A stretch of 31,348 bases of DNA from the NCBI GenBank assembly GCA_964521355.1, contig CAZFRJ010000001.1:1-31348 (forward strand). The letters are read 5' to 3'. The notes under the pieces are model-generated. The model did no database searches, was not told the origin of the DNA, and saw nothing but the letters and a program-made list of their open reading frames with translations. How positions within the stretch are numbered: position 1 is the stretch's first letter; each line of letters begins with the position of its first letter. This document shows positions 1-8,241 of the stretch, in pieces. Source of the DNA: an uncultured Candidatus Bathyarchaeia archaeon (lineage in GTDB: Archaea; Thermoproteota; Bathyarchaeia; 40CM-2-53-6; JALHTG01). The translations under genes were made by a program, and so were the position numbers.

Positions 1-1744
1 CAATACCATATGCAAGCTTGTCGACGAAGAACTGAGGCCTGTCCCCGTATCCCGCCGTTACCTGTTCAATCTTCTTCAAATCCTCCTCAAGCTTTAGCTG
101 GGCCTGCTGCAGAGTCATGTTGTGTCTAAGCGCAACGCGTTCAAGTTCATTCTTGTTTTGCAGCATTAGCTTCAGATTCTCAAAATCAAGCAAGGCAAGC
201 GGATGGACTTGGATGTGGGAATTTATGATGAATTCCAGCCGGGCAAGGCCGACCCCATCATTCGGCATCTGTCCTTGATCGAACGCTTTTTCCGGAATGC
301 CCACGTTCATCATTATGGCTGTCTTTGTCCTCGGGAAATGTGACAGATCGGCCTCTTCGACTTCGAACTTGAGAAGACCCTCGTAGATTCTTCCTGCCCC
401 CTCGCTGCAATCAACCGTAACATCAAGTCCGGACTTCAGCACTTCTGTGCCATGTTCAGTCCCTATGACGCAAGGTATCCCCAACTCACGGCTCACAATT
501 GCTGCGTGGCATGTACGTCCTCCCTTGTTTGTTACGATTGCTGACGCTATCTTCATTATCGGTTCCCAATCGGGATCAGTCATTTCCGTTACGAGGGCTT
601 CTCCTTTCTTGAATTTCGTTATGTCACGGGCGCTCTGTATGACATTAACCGGGCCTTGGCCTATCATCCTCCCTACAGGTTCACCCTCAATGAGGACATT
701 GCCCTTTTCCTTTAGGACGTACGTTCTCAGTTTTGTCCGGTCCTTTACAGCATGAACGGTTTCGGGGCGAGCTTGCACGATGTAGAGTTTCCCAGTTCTT
801 CCGTCTCGAGCCCACTCAATATCCATGGGCAAACCATAATGCTTCTCAATCTCGACTGTGTATCGGGCAAGTTGTTCTGCCTCTTCGTCTGTGATAACGT
901 ATTTGAGCTGCTGTTCTGCGGGTACCGTGGCCTGTGAGGTTCCTCCCTTCTCGTCGTAGACTAGTTTGATGGTCTTGCTTCCAGGCCTTTTGCTGATCAG
1001 TTTTCCAGTGGGTTTGAATACGTAGAATTGGTCGGGATTCACTTTTCCTTGCACGACATATTCGCCGAGGCCCCAGCTGCCAGTGATGTATACGACGTTC
1101 CTGAAACCTGACTCGGTATCTATGCTGAAAATAACTCCGCTGCTTGCTAGGTCGGAACGGACCATTTTTTGAACTGCAACAGAAATGAGTACGCTTGAAT
1201 GGTCGAATCCTTTGTCAACTCGATAGCTGATGGCTCTGTTGGTAAAGAGGCTTGCCATACACTTCTTTGTTGCCTCTATTATGTTGTCAAGGCCTCGAAC
1301 GTTCAGGTAGGTTTCCTGTTGACCGGCGAAGCTCGCGTCAGGGAGATCCTCTGCGGTCGCGCTGCTTCGAATGGCGCAGTCAGGATCTTCTTCACCGAGC
1401 TTCTCGCCGAGTTTCTGGTAGTATTCTGTGATTGCCTGTTGCAGCTCAGCTGGTAACTCAACTTTTTCGATGGCCTCTCTGATCGAGGCGCCTCTCTTTT
1501 GAAGCTCTGCCACATCATGTGTGTCCAAATTCTCAAGTTGCTTGTGTACGAAGTCAACTAGGCCAGCCTTCTCGATGGTGAGTTGGTAGGCGTATGCAGT
1601 TACAGCAAATCCGGGGGGTACAGGAACACGGGTTCGCCTAATCATTTCGCCTAGGCTCGCATTCTTTCCACCAACGAGCGGTACGTCTTGACGGCCTACT
1701 TCATCAAACCAGAGCACGAGTGGAGGATTTCTGGCGTGAGGCAA
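1..1744 (-). CDS. ppsA: Phosphoenolpyruvate synthase (pyruvate,water dikinase); 3' end runs off the window
   Basis: Manual translation from TTG at 1744: LWFDEVGRQDVPLVGGKNASLGEM, VPVPPGF, RSSATAEDLPDASFAGQ, DIEWA, QARPETV, phospho-His motif GGRTCHAAIVSRELG, DGVGLARLEFII. No stop seen in the stretches translated. It is absent from the ORF track because its stop lies outside the window. Confidence 0.96.
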   Translation of the reverse strand, partial: MPHARNPPLVLWFDEVGRQDVPLVGGKNASLGEMIRRTRVPVPPGFAVTAYAYQLTIEKAGLVDFVHKQLENLDTHDVAELQKRGASIREAIEKVELPAELQQAITEYYQKLGEKLGEEDPDCAIRSSATAEDLPDASFAGQQETYLNVRGLDNIIEATKKCMASLFTNRAISYRVDKGFDHSSVLISVAVQKMVRSDLASSGVIFSIDTESGFRNVVYITGSWGLGEYVVQGKVNPDQFYVFKPTGKLISKRPGSKTIKLVYDEKGGTSQATVPAEQQLKYVITDEEAEQLARYTVEIEKHYGLPMDIEWARDGRTGKLYIVQARPETVHAVKDRTKLRTYVLKEKGNVLIEGEPVGRMIGQGPVNVIQSARDITKFKKGEALVTEMTDPDWEPIMKIASAIVTNKGGRTCHAAIVSRELGIPCVIGTEHGTEVLKSGLDVTVDCSEGAGRIYEGLLKFEVEEADLSHFPRTKTAIMMNVGIPEKAFDQGQMPNDGVGLARLEFIINSHIQVHPLALLDFENLKLMLQNKNELERVALRHNMTLQQAQLKLEEDLKKIEQVTAGYGDRPQFFVDKLAYGI

Positions 1745-1845
1745 ATTGAGATCGCCGTCCTAGTAGGAAGGACAGGTCATATTAAAGCCTCTCGTAGAGA
1801 GTTGAGGTGCATGAAAGAAACTAGTGTGGAGGTTTTTCGTTCTAC

Positions 1846-2343
1846 CTAGGCCAGCTTCTCGACGACTATTTTGCATGGCGTTGGGAGTTTTCCGGCACCG
1901 ATCGCGAGGGCCTTCTTTGCGTGTTCAACTGCATCCTTGTTTACGCATATTGAAAGAATTGGCTGATCCGCTCTTACTCTGGCGGCTCTGCCTGAAGGCT
2001 TTCCGAATGCTCTTCTCATTCCTTCCTGAAGTCTGTCGGCTCCAGCGGTGGCGATCATTCTATTCTCTCTGAGGATTATGTGTGGATAGACACAGAGGCT
2101 CAGTAGGTAGCCCGTTTCTCCTAGCTTGTCAGCAAGCGCTTTGTTCGCCGCGACGCGGGCCGCCTCCAATGCGTTGTGTCGAATCTGAACTGCATTTCCA
2201 GCTAAGAGCGAAACTTGGTGTTCGTAGGTCGTCTTGGAATCACCCATTATGAACCTGCTGATCTTCGGTGTCGGCGATCCGTGAATATACTCTCCTCTCG
2301 TGTAGGGTTGTCCTTTTGTGTATCTGTAGTTACGACCTTTCAA
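1846..2343 (-). CDS. rpl10e: 50S ribosomal protein L10e (uL16)
   Basis: QIRHNALEAARVAANK, VYPHIILRENRMIATAGADRLQEGMRRAFGKP are typical archaeal L10e motifs; TTG start. Confidence 0.97.
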   Translation of the reverse strand: MKGRNYRYTKGQPYTRGEYIHGSPTPKISRFIMGDSKTTYEHQVSLLAGNAVQIRHNALEAARVAANKALADKLGETGYLLSLCVYPHIILRENRMIATAGADRLQEGMRRAFGKPSGRAARVRADQPILSICVNKDAVEHAKKALAIGAGKLPTPCKIVVEKLA

Positions 2344-2386
2344 TGAGATCGAATCCTGTGTAGGCTCAGCATACCGTTCATCGAGC

Positions 2387-2396
2387 GATATTTAAG
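2387..2396 (-). promoter_or_regulatory. Putative TATA box of rpl10e, flanked by a 10-bp direct repeat
   Basis: Minus strand CTTAAATATC ~45 nt upstream of the TTG start; TCGATGAACG occurs on both sides (plus-strand 2375-2384 and 2397-2406). Confidence 0.5.
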
Positions 2397-2416
2397 CGTT
2401 CATCGATCTCGCAAGG

Positions 2417-3121
2417 TTAGCACCGCTTTTTCGCGTGACAGGCTCGACGTATGACCCCAATTAGAAGAAGAGCTTCTCTTTTGGACAGGACTCCTCGGGA
2501 GATTACATTTCTGAAAGCCCTTATGGCCAATCTTCGTCTGTGGCTCGGAGTCCCAACCAGATGTGTAAGCTTACCGAAGTAACCAACCAGCCTTCTTCTG
2601 GTCTGAGAGTCCATAGGCTGGATCGTTTTCTTCTGGTCAAATATGTGCCTATGCAACTCGTAAAGTATGATTGCGCAAGCGCTTGCCACATTCAGAGTTC
2701 TGTAGCCTTTGGTTGTCGGGATTGTTATGAGCGCATTGCATTGATCCAATTCCTCATTGGATAATCCTGTACTCTCTCTTCCGAACAGAAGACAGATTCT
2801 TTCTCCCTTGGATCTGATCTTGGCTGCATACTCTTCCGGAGAAAGAGTGACCCTGAGAACGTTTGATGGCCGCGAACTCGAAATAGCGGTGGTTCCAACT
2901 ACTTCGGCGCAACCCTTGGATGCTTTCTTGATGGTTGTGACTATTTTAGATCTCTCAAGGATGTCTTCTGCGTGAGATGCATATGCCCTGGCCTGCCGAC
3001 CAATTTGCGTTTTAGGATTGACGATCCATAGATCTGTGAATCCGAAGTTCTTCATGAGCCTCGCTATCGAACCTATGTTTCCCTCATGCTCAGGCTCAAC
3101 CAGAACAACTCTAACCTGCAT
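2417..3121 (-). CDS. trmJ: SpoU/TrmJ-family tRNA 2'-O-methyltransferase
   Basis: VVLVEPEHEGNIGSIARLMKNFG; LLFGRESTGLSNEELDQC; TLNVASACAIILYEL (SPOUT motifs). Confidence 0.9.
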   Translation of the reverse strand: MQVRVVLVEPEHEGNIGSIARLMKNFGFTDLWIVNPKTQIGRQARAYASHAEDILERSKIVTTIKKASKGCAEVVGTTAISSSRPSNVLRVTLSPEEYAAKIRSKGERICLLFGRESTGLSNEELDQCNALITIPTTKGYRTLNVASACAIILYELHRHIFDQKKTIQPMDSQTRRRLVGYFGKLTHLVGTPSHRRRLAIRAFRNVISRGVLSKREALLLIGVIRRACHAKKRC

Positions 3122-3131
3122 GGGACTTCAT

Positions 3132-3938
3132 CTAGAACTTGAATAGGCTCTGATGCGTATGGATACAATTCGAGAGGTCTTCCAGCTCGTGTGTTGTCAG
3201 TTGGAAGACTCTCTTCTCAAGGAGTCCCCTAGATCTGACAAGACTTTCCAAAGATCTGTTCGCCGATGGGTCCATGGCGCGCTTCAGGACGCCTTTGAGG
3301 ATTCTTTTCCTTTGGGAGAAGAGGTACCTGACCATTCGGTCTAGAAGATCTTCGTCAACATGAGTAGTTTCATGTCTTGGAACAATTCTGACAATGTAGG
3401 AGTCCACTCTCGGTACTGGGCGGAAGGCTCTTCTTGATATGAAGTCGAGAAGTTCCACATCTGCTTTATGTTGCACAGCGACTGTGAGTCTCCCATAGTT
3501 GGCCGACCCCGGTTCCGCAACAAGTCTCGATGCGAACTCCTTCTGAAAAGTCATCGTCATTGAATCGAAGTCTCTCCTTAGAAGAAGGAATATCAGCTTT
3601 GAAGAGATGTAGTAGGGCGGACTCGAGACAACCTTGTCAAAGGCTGGCAAAGAGATTTTCAATACGTCTCCCTCAACTATTTCGACATTGCCCTTGCCGT
3701 GGAATTTTCGTCGGAGCAGATTCGCCAGCGCCGGGTCCTTCTCTATGGCGATGACCTTACTTGCGTATTGTTGAAGGACCGTTGTGAGATTTCCAGTGCC
3801 GGCTCCTACTTCGAGGATTGTTTCTCCTTGCTGCACCACAGCATAGTCAACGATTTTCTGAAGGAATGCTGGGTCGACTAGGAAATGTTGACCCAACCGT
3901 CTAATACTATGAATTCTGCTGTCATCTCTTGCCGGCAT
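3132..3938 (-). CDS. ksgA: 16S rRNA m6,2A dimethyltransferase KsgA/Dim1
   Basis: LGQHFL, ILEVGAGTGNLT, AIEKD, GDVL, FQKEFASRL..PG..NYGRL, AFRPVPRVDS; motif IV reads SPPY. Confidence 0.95.
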   Translation of the reverse strand: MPARDDSRIHSIRRLGQHFLVDPAFLQKIVDYAVVQQGETILEVGAGTGNLTTVLQQYASKVIAIEKDPALANLLRRKFHGKGNVEIVEGDVLKISLPAFDKVVSSPPYYISSKLIFLLLRRDFDSMTMTFQKEFASRLVAEPGSANYGRLTVAVQHKADVELLDFISRRAFRPVPRVDSYIVRIVPRHETTHVDEDLLDRMVRYLFSQRKRILKGVLKRAMDPSANRSLESLVRSRGLLEKRVFQLTTHELEDLSNCIHTHQSLFKF

Positions 3939-3944
3939 AGTGCT

Positions 3945-4550
3945 TTAGACAGCCCTCGTGAAGAGTCTGTACTTTGATTCTTCGCTCAATTCTTCGATCA
4001 CTCTCTTTGCGATAGTCTTCACTGGGTAGGAGAGGCCAGCTCTCTTCTGGATGTCTGCGAAGCTCTCAAAGATTTTCTTTTCGCGCTGGTTGACTATTTG
4101 CCACATGGATTTCTTGCCTATCCCGGGGAGTATCTCCAACGCATGCATTCTCGGCGTGACCGCTTGGGCCTTATTGAAGAAGTCTACAAATCTCTTCTCT
4201 TGGCTTTGGACTAGTTTCTCTAAAACTACTGGTAGCTCTGCCTTCGCTGATGCAGTCAGCTCATCGTAGCTGATTCTGCCTATTATGCGATCTACTTTTT
4301 CTCTTCTTTCTTTTCCCACGTAGATTCTTTCTTGAGTCTCGACAGTGCACCCGAGCTTGAGTTCCGCCTCAAGTAGTGTGAAGTAGTCTTCACCTAGGAC
4401 TTGGACTGTGGGGGCTGCTACGTGTCTAAGTCTGTCTGGCGATGACCTACCGGTTGGCAAAAAATCCAGCACGTAGGCATATTCCTCATAGAGCCGTTTC
4501 GGTACTTCGATGCTCGCCTCTCTCTCGGGTGGTCTGTCTGTTTGAGTCAA
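3945..4550 (-). CDS. DUF655 putative RNA-binding protein
   Basis: YEEYAYVLDFLPTG, QVLGEDYFTLLE, RMHALEILPGIGKK; conserved position between rpoF and ksgA. Confidence 0.92.
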   Translation of the reverse strand: MTQTDRPPEREASIEVPKRLYEEYAYVLDFLPTGRSSPDRLRHVAAPTVQVLGEDYFTLLEAELKLGCTVETQERIYVGKERREKVDRIIGRISYDELTASAKAELPVVLEKLVQSQEKRFVDFFNKAQAVTPRMHALEILPGIGKKSMWQIVNQREKKIFESFADIQKRAGLSYPVKTIAKRVIEELSEESKYRLFTRAV

Positions 4551-4676
4551 GAATGGGATCCCTGCCTCAGGTCCAGCTAGCTACTCTTTCTCGACGTAGG
4601 CTCGCGTAGAAGTTCCTACCGAAGGGAGAGACCTCATTTGCACCAGAACCGTCTCAAAGAGGACTCGGAATTTCAT

Positions 4677-4684
4677 TTTATAAA
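4677..4684. promoter_or_regulatory. Palindromic TATA box (TTTATAAA), possibly bidirectional
   Basis: Perfect palindrome in the 340-bp rpoF/DUF655 gap; could drive DUF655-ksgA-trmJ (minus) and an antisense transcript (plus). Confidence 0.5.
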
Positions 4685-4712
4685 CCTTCTCTAGAGATTG
4701 GGCTCAGTTGCG

Positions 4713-4859
4713 ATGATGCTCATAGCCCTGACTCACATGATCTGTGTATTGCTCTCCACCGACTACATCGAAATGATGCTAGACGAAAGCGACGGGAATA
4801 GTCTACTCTTCCTCAGCATTGCGATTCTTATGATCTGGATCAGAGTCACACGCTGCTAG
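4713..4859 (+). CDS. Candidate 48-aa hydrophobic small ORF (alternatively a C/D-box-like sRNA)
   Basis: ATG..TAG frame MMLIALTHMICVLLSTDYIEMMLDESDGNSLLFLSIAILMIWIRVTRC starting ~29 nt downstream of TTTATAAA; no recognised family. Confidence 0.25.
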   Translation: MMLIALTHMICVLLSTDYIEMMLDESDGNSLLFLSIAILMIWIRVTRC

Positions 4860-4890
4860 GATAAGTGGCATCCCTTTTTCCGAAGACAGT

Positions 4891-5238
4891 CTAGCTCTCG
4901 CGGGCTGCCTGAGATACCAATCTCAGTATCTCGTCAAGTTGATCTGTTGCGATTACCTTGCCCTTGGTCGTAAGTATCGTTCGGAGCTCCTCCCTAGTCC
5001 TAGGCATGCAATTTACCACCTGGATAGCTTCGGCTTGGCTTAGCTTGCCCTTCTCCGTGAGTTCCTTCATGAGTCTTTCAGCTTTCGCAGGGGTTGCCTT
5101 ACTGAACTTCGTTGTAAAGGCCAGGGTTCGTCGTTGGAATTCTCCTAACTCCTCTTCCTTCAATCTCTCAAGTATGCGCTTTGCTTCTATGATCGTGATG
5201 TCTTTTTGATCAAGCATCCTTCTCGGCATGTCTCTCAT
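4891..5238 (-). CDS. rpoF: DNA-directed RNA polymerase subunit F (Rpo4)
   Basis: ITIIEAKRILE, LGEFQRRTLAFTTKFSK, AIQVVNCMPRTREELRTIL; ATGA overlap with the rpl21e stop; alternative ATG at 5229. Confidence 0.93.
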   Translation of the reverse strand: MRDMPRRMLDQKDITIIEAKRILERLKEEELGEFQRRTLAFTTKFSKATPAKAERLMKELTEKGKLSQAEAIQVVNCMPRTREELRTILTTKGKVIATDQLDEILRLVSQAARES

Positions 5239-5531
5239 CTTCCTCGACGTTCCAAATGCTCAGGTCTGACAAGGATCATGGCAGGTCTACCTCCTGCGGA
5301 GACGTTTACGGCGTAGCTTCTTCCTCTTTTTCCAGCTACGACTCCTATCTTTCCGTAGAATCGTCTGTGTGGCATGCCTTTGTGTATGCTAGGATCAGTT
5401 TTTATGCAAACCTTGTCTCCCACGCTGTACGCCTGCAGTAGCTTACCTATGCTTATCTTGCCTCTTCTTCTGTGGTCTTTCCTGAAGAGGGCTCTGGTCT
5501 TGGAACGATATCCCTTCGATCTCTTGCCCAT
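5235..5531 (-). CDS. rpl21e: 50S ribosomal protein L21e
   Basis: MGKRSKGYRSKTR, GDKVCIKTDPSIHKGMPHRRFYGKIG, LVRPEHL; ATG at 5531. Confidence 0.97.
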   Translation of the reverse strand: MGKRSKGYRSKTRALFRKDHRRRGKISIGKLLQAYSVGDKVCIKTDPSIHKGMPHRRFYGKIGVVAGKRGRSYAVNVSAGGRPAMILVRPEHLERRGR

Positions 5532-5590
5532 GAGCTTCACCAAGCATCAGTTGGGCGCACGTTTCAGTCGCCTTTCATATACACTTTTCC

Positions 5591-6928
5591 CTAGGATTTC
5601 ATCTGAAAGAACCCTTTCCTGAGCATCATGGGTTGCCGGCGTCGCATCATCTTCATCATCTTCTTCATATTCGAGTATTGATTGACTAGTTCTTTGACCT
5701 CCTTCTCACTTCTTCCGGATCCTCTGGCAATTCGTCTAGCTCTTGACGAGTCGATAACCTTGGGTTCTTGAACTTCTTCCTGCGTCATCGACTGTATAAT
5801 TACTCTCCAAGCGTCTAGCTTTTGCTCGGCTGTGTCCATTGCCTCATCAGGTATGTTGAAGCTACCTGGGAGCATTCTGAATACTTTCTTGAGTGGCCCC
5901 ATTTTTCTTAGGGCTTCCATCTGTTCATACATGTCTTTCAACGAGAATCTGCCTTCCAAGAAGACTTTGGCCTTTTCCTCGGAGACACCCGTCTCGGCCT
6001 CTCTTACCTTCTCCACTAGGCCCTTGATGTCCCCCATTCCTAGAAGTCTGCCGACAAAGGTGGATGGGACGAATTCCTCTAGATCGTCAACCTTCTCTCC
6101 TGCTCCTATGAACTTGATTTTCACTCTAGTGGCTGCGACGGCTGAGAGTGCGCCTCCTCCTCGGGCTGAGCCATCAAGCTTTGTGACGAGTATCGAGCCG
6201 ATGTTTGTGGCTTCCGCGAATGCTGTAGCCTGAGCTGTGGCCTGCTGTCCAATAGTACCGTCAATTGTGAGCACAATCTCGTCTGGGCGTATTGCTTCTG
6301 CAAGTTCCTTCATCTCCTTCATGAGGTCTTTCTCGTTTCTATGTCGTCCGGCCGTGTCGACAATTGCAATGTTGCACTTTTCTCTCTCAAGGTGCGCCAA
6401 TCCACTCTTAGCCACCTTCCATGATGCTTTTTCGGAAGGGTCTCCGTACGCTGGCACGCCTATCCTATCTGCAAGTTGTTTGATTTGCTCAAAGGCTCCT
6501 GGCCTGAAAGTGTCGGCACAGATCAGACCGGGCTTAAGTCCTCTTTTTTGGTAGAATCTAGCAATCTTGACTGCGCTGGTGGTTTTGCCGGAACCTTGAA
6601 TTCCAACCAACATTATGAGAAAGATTTTTCCGGGCTGGATCATTGTTCCTGAGGGTTCTTCGCCTAGGAATCTGGTGAGTTCCTCGTATAGGACCTTGAT
6701 CACATGTTCTCTTCTTGAGACTCCTGGCGGGAGACTTTCGCTGATGGCTCTCTGCTGTATATTTGACGATAGCTGGAGAACCAAATCGACATTTACGTCA
6801 CCTTGAAGCAATGCCCTCTGAAGATCTCTGACCAGATCTTTTACTGCAGCCTCATCAACTAACGGAAGCCTCAGTAGTCTTCTTATGGCTTCGTTTAGAG
6901 ACTTGCCGATATTCTCGAGGGCGCTCAG
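5591..6928 (-). CDS. srp54: Signal recognition particle protein SRP54 (start probably CTG at 6928; longest ORF starts at ATG 7009)
   Basis: GIQGSGKTT, DTFRPGA, DTAGRH, TKLDGSARGGGALS, LLGMGD, M-domain SRARRIARGSGRS. Homology begins at (L)SALENIGKSL. Confidence 0.96.
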   Translation of the reverse strand: MSALENIGKSLNEAIRRLLRLPLVDEAAVKDLVRDLQRALLQGDVNVDLVLQLSSNIQQRAISESLPPGVSRREHVIKVLYEELTRFLGEEPSGTMIQPGKIFLIMLVGIQGSGKTTSAVKIARFYQKRGLKPGLICADTFRPGAFEQIKQLADRIGVPAYGDPSEKASWKVAKSGLAHLEREKCNIAIVDTAGRHRNEKDLMKEMKELAEAIRPDEIVLTIDGTIGQQATAQATAFAEATNIGSILVTKLDGSARGGGALSAVAATRVKIKFIGAGEKVDDLEEFVPSTFVGRLLGMGDIKGLVEKVREAETGVSEEKAKVFLEGRFSLKDMYEQMEALRKMGPLKKVFRMLPGSFNIPDEAMDTAEQKLDAWRVIIQSMTQEEVQEPKVIDSSRARRIARGSGRSEKEVKELVNQYSNMKKMMKMMRRRQPMMLRKGFFQMKS

Positions 6929-6991
6929 TTCTGAGTCTCCGCCTTGTGTCGATCGGATTTTCTTGATATGTTCAACATCATTACTTCTTCT

Positions 6992-6997
6992 CTTAAA
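6992..6997 (-). promoter_or_regulatory. Putative TATA box (TTTAAG) for srp54
   Basis: AT-rich box in the srp54/PAC2 divergent gap; it lies downstream of the in-frame ATGs at 7009 and 7000. Confidence 0.4.
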
Positions 6998-7038
6998 CAT
7001 TAGCTGCATGAATACAACAAGTCTTTTCTGAACCGGTA

Positions 7039-7803
7039 TTGAGCGAAGCTGAGAGAAGAGACTTGGAATCCATCACTGTTGTTGAAAGGAAAGGAATGCC
7101 CCAAGGCCTCACCCTCATCAATGGTCTTCCAGACGTAGGCCTAGTTGGGGTTCTGGCGGTGTCGCATCTGGTTTCCTCTCTCAAGATGGAGGAAGCCGGA
7201 TCAATTGAGTCAGAACTCCTTCCGCCCCTAGTCGTTCTTCATAGAGGTCTGCCGAAGTCTCCAATACGGATCTTCTTCAAGGAGCCGCTTGCTGCAATAG
7301 TTTCTGAAACAGCTGTACCGTCGGAAGCAGTCTACAGTCTTGCTGACGCTATTGTGAAATGGGCAGGCTCAAAGAAGGCCAAGATAGTCATTTCGGTCGG
7401 AGGGATGGCTGTTCAGAATCGTCAGAATATTGAGAAGCCCAAGGTTTTCGCAGCGTTAACCGATGAGAGCCTGATCGAGATGCTTGGAGATTCCGCTGAA
7501 GTTCTCCAAGAGGGATACATGGTTGGGCCATACGCTCTGATCCTCAAGAAATGCCTCGATTCCAAGATAAGCGGAGTCACCCTACTCGCCCAATCATTCT
7601 ATAACTATCCGGATCCGGAGGCTGCAGCGGCTGCACTTGGATCCTTAGAGAAGATTACAGGCATTGCATTAGATGTTTCTGAACTCCTACAGAAAGGAGA
7701 GGAGATCCGCTTAAAGGCAAAGGACATTATGAGGCGTACGCAAGAAGAAATGTCTAAGATGAGTAAGTCGCACGAGTATGAGGTCCCTCCGCTCTATGGA
7801 TAG
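7039..7803 (+). CDS. Proteasome assembly chaperone (PAC2/PbaA-B family)
   Basis: LINGLPDVGLVGVLAVSHL, SELLPPLVV, SPIRIF, ISVGG, PDPEAAAAAL and C-terminal HbYX motif PPLYG; TTG start. Confidence 0.9.
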   Translation: MSEAERRDLESITVVERKGMPQGLTLINGLPDVGLVGVLAVSHLVSSLKMEEAGSIESELLPPLVVLHRGLPKSPIRIFFKEPLAAIVSETAVPSEAVYSLADAIVKWAGSKKAKIVISVGGMAVQNRQNIEKPKVFAALTDESLIEMLGDSAEVLQEGYMVGPYALILKKCLDSKISGVTLLAQSFYNYPDPEAAAAALGSLEKITGIALDVSELLQKGEEIRLKAKDIMRRTQEEMSKMSKSHEYEVPPLYG

Positions 7804-7809
7804 GTGACC

Positions 7810-8229
7810 GTGCAAATGCTCAAACCGAGAAGGCGTCGATCCTCCGGCATTGTAAATGACTTGGGAAGACATGCAAGGAAACTGAAGGATGAAACCTTCA
7901 GGTCTGGTTGGGATGAGGCTGCGTGCTCTATTGAGCCTTTATCAAATATTGCAGTCGGCGCAGAGGAGATTACAGTTACAGTGGATCTGCCTCTTGTAGA
8001 CGACAAGCAGGTCAGAGTTCAAATTCATGGCGAAGATACTGTTGAGGTCTACGCCAAGACGAAGCGGACAGTTAGATTTGATGACCTAGGTATCAAACAT
8101 AGAAGGGGAGAGTTCACATGCTATCGTGCCCTGATAGAGCTTCCCGAACCCGTGGATGATACTAGAGTCATTCATCATTTGAAACGTGGAATTCTGGAGA
8201 TACGCCTTCTGAAGTTGCGACAGGAATAG
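7810..8229 (+). CDS. Hsp20/alpha-crystallin family small heat shock protein
   Basis: IEPLSNI..EEITVTVDLP, IELPEPVD, KRGILEIRLLK; SD-like TAGGTGA before GTG 7810 (alternatives 7804, 7816). Confidence 0.8.
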   Translation: MQMLKPRRRRSSGIVNDLGRHARKLKDETFRSGWDEAACSIEPLSNIAVGAEEITVTVDLPLVDDKQVRVQIHGEDTVEVYAKTKRTVRFDDLGIKHRRGEFTCYRALIELPEPVDDTRVIHHLKRGILEIRLLKLRQE

Positions 8230-8241
8230 ATGCGACTATAG

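Noticed and set aside
1-1744. ppsA missing from the ORF track, suggesting a pseudogene
   Set aside because: Manual translation keeps one frame with intact motifs; the ORF simply lacks a stop inside the window.
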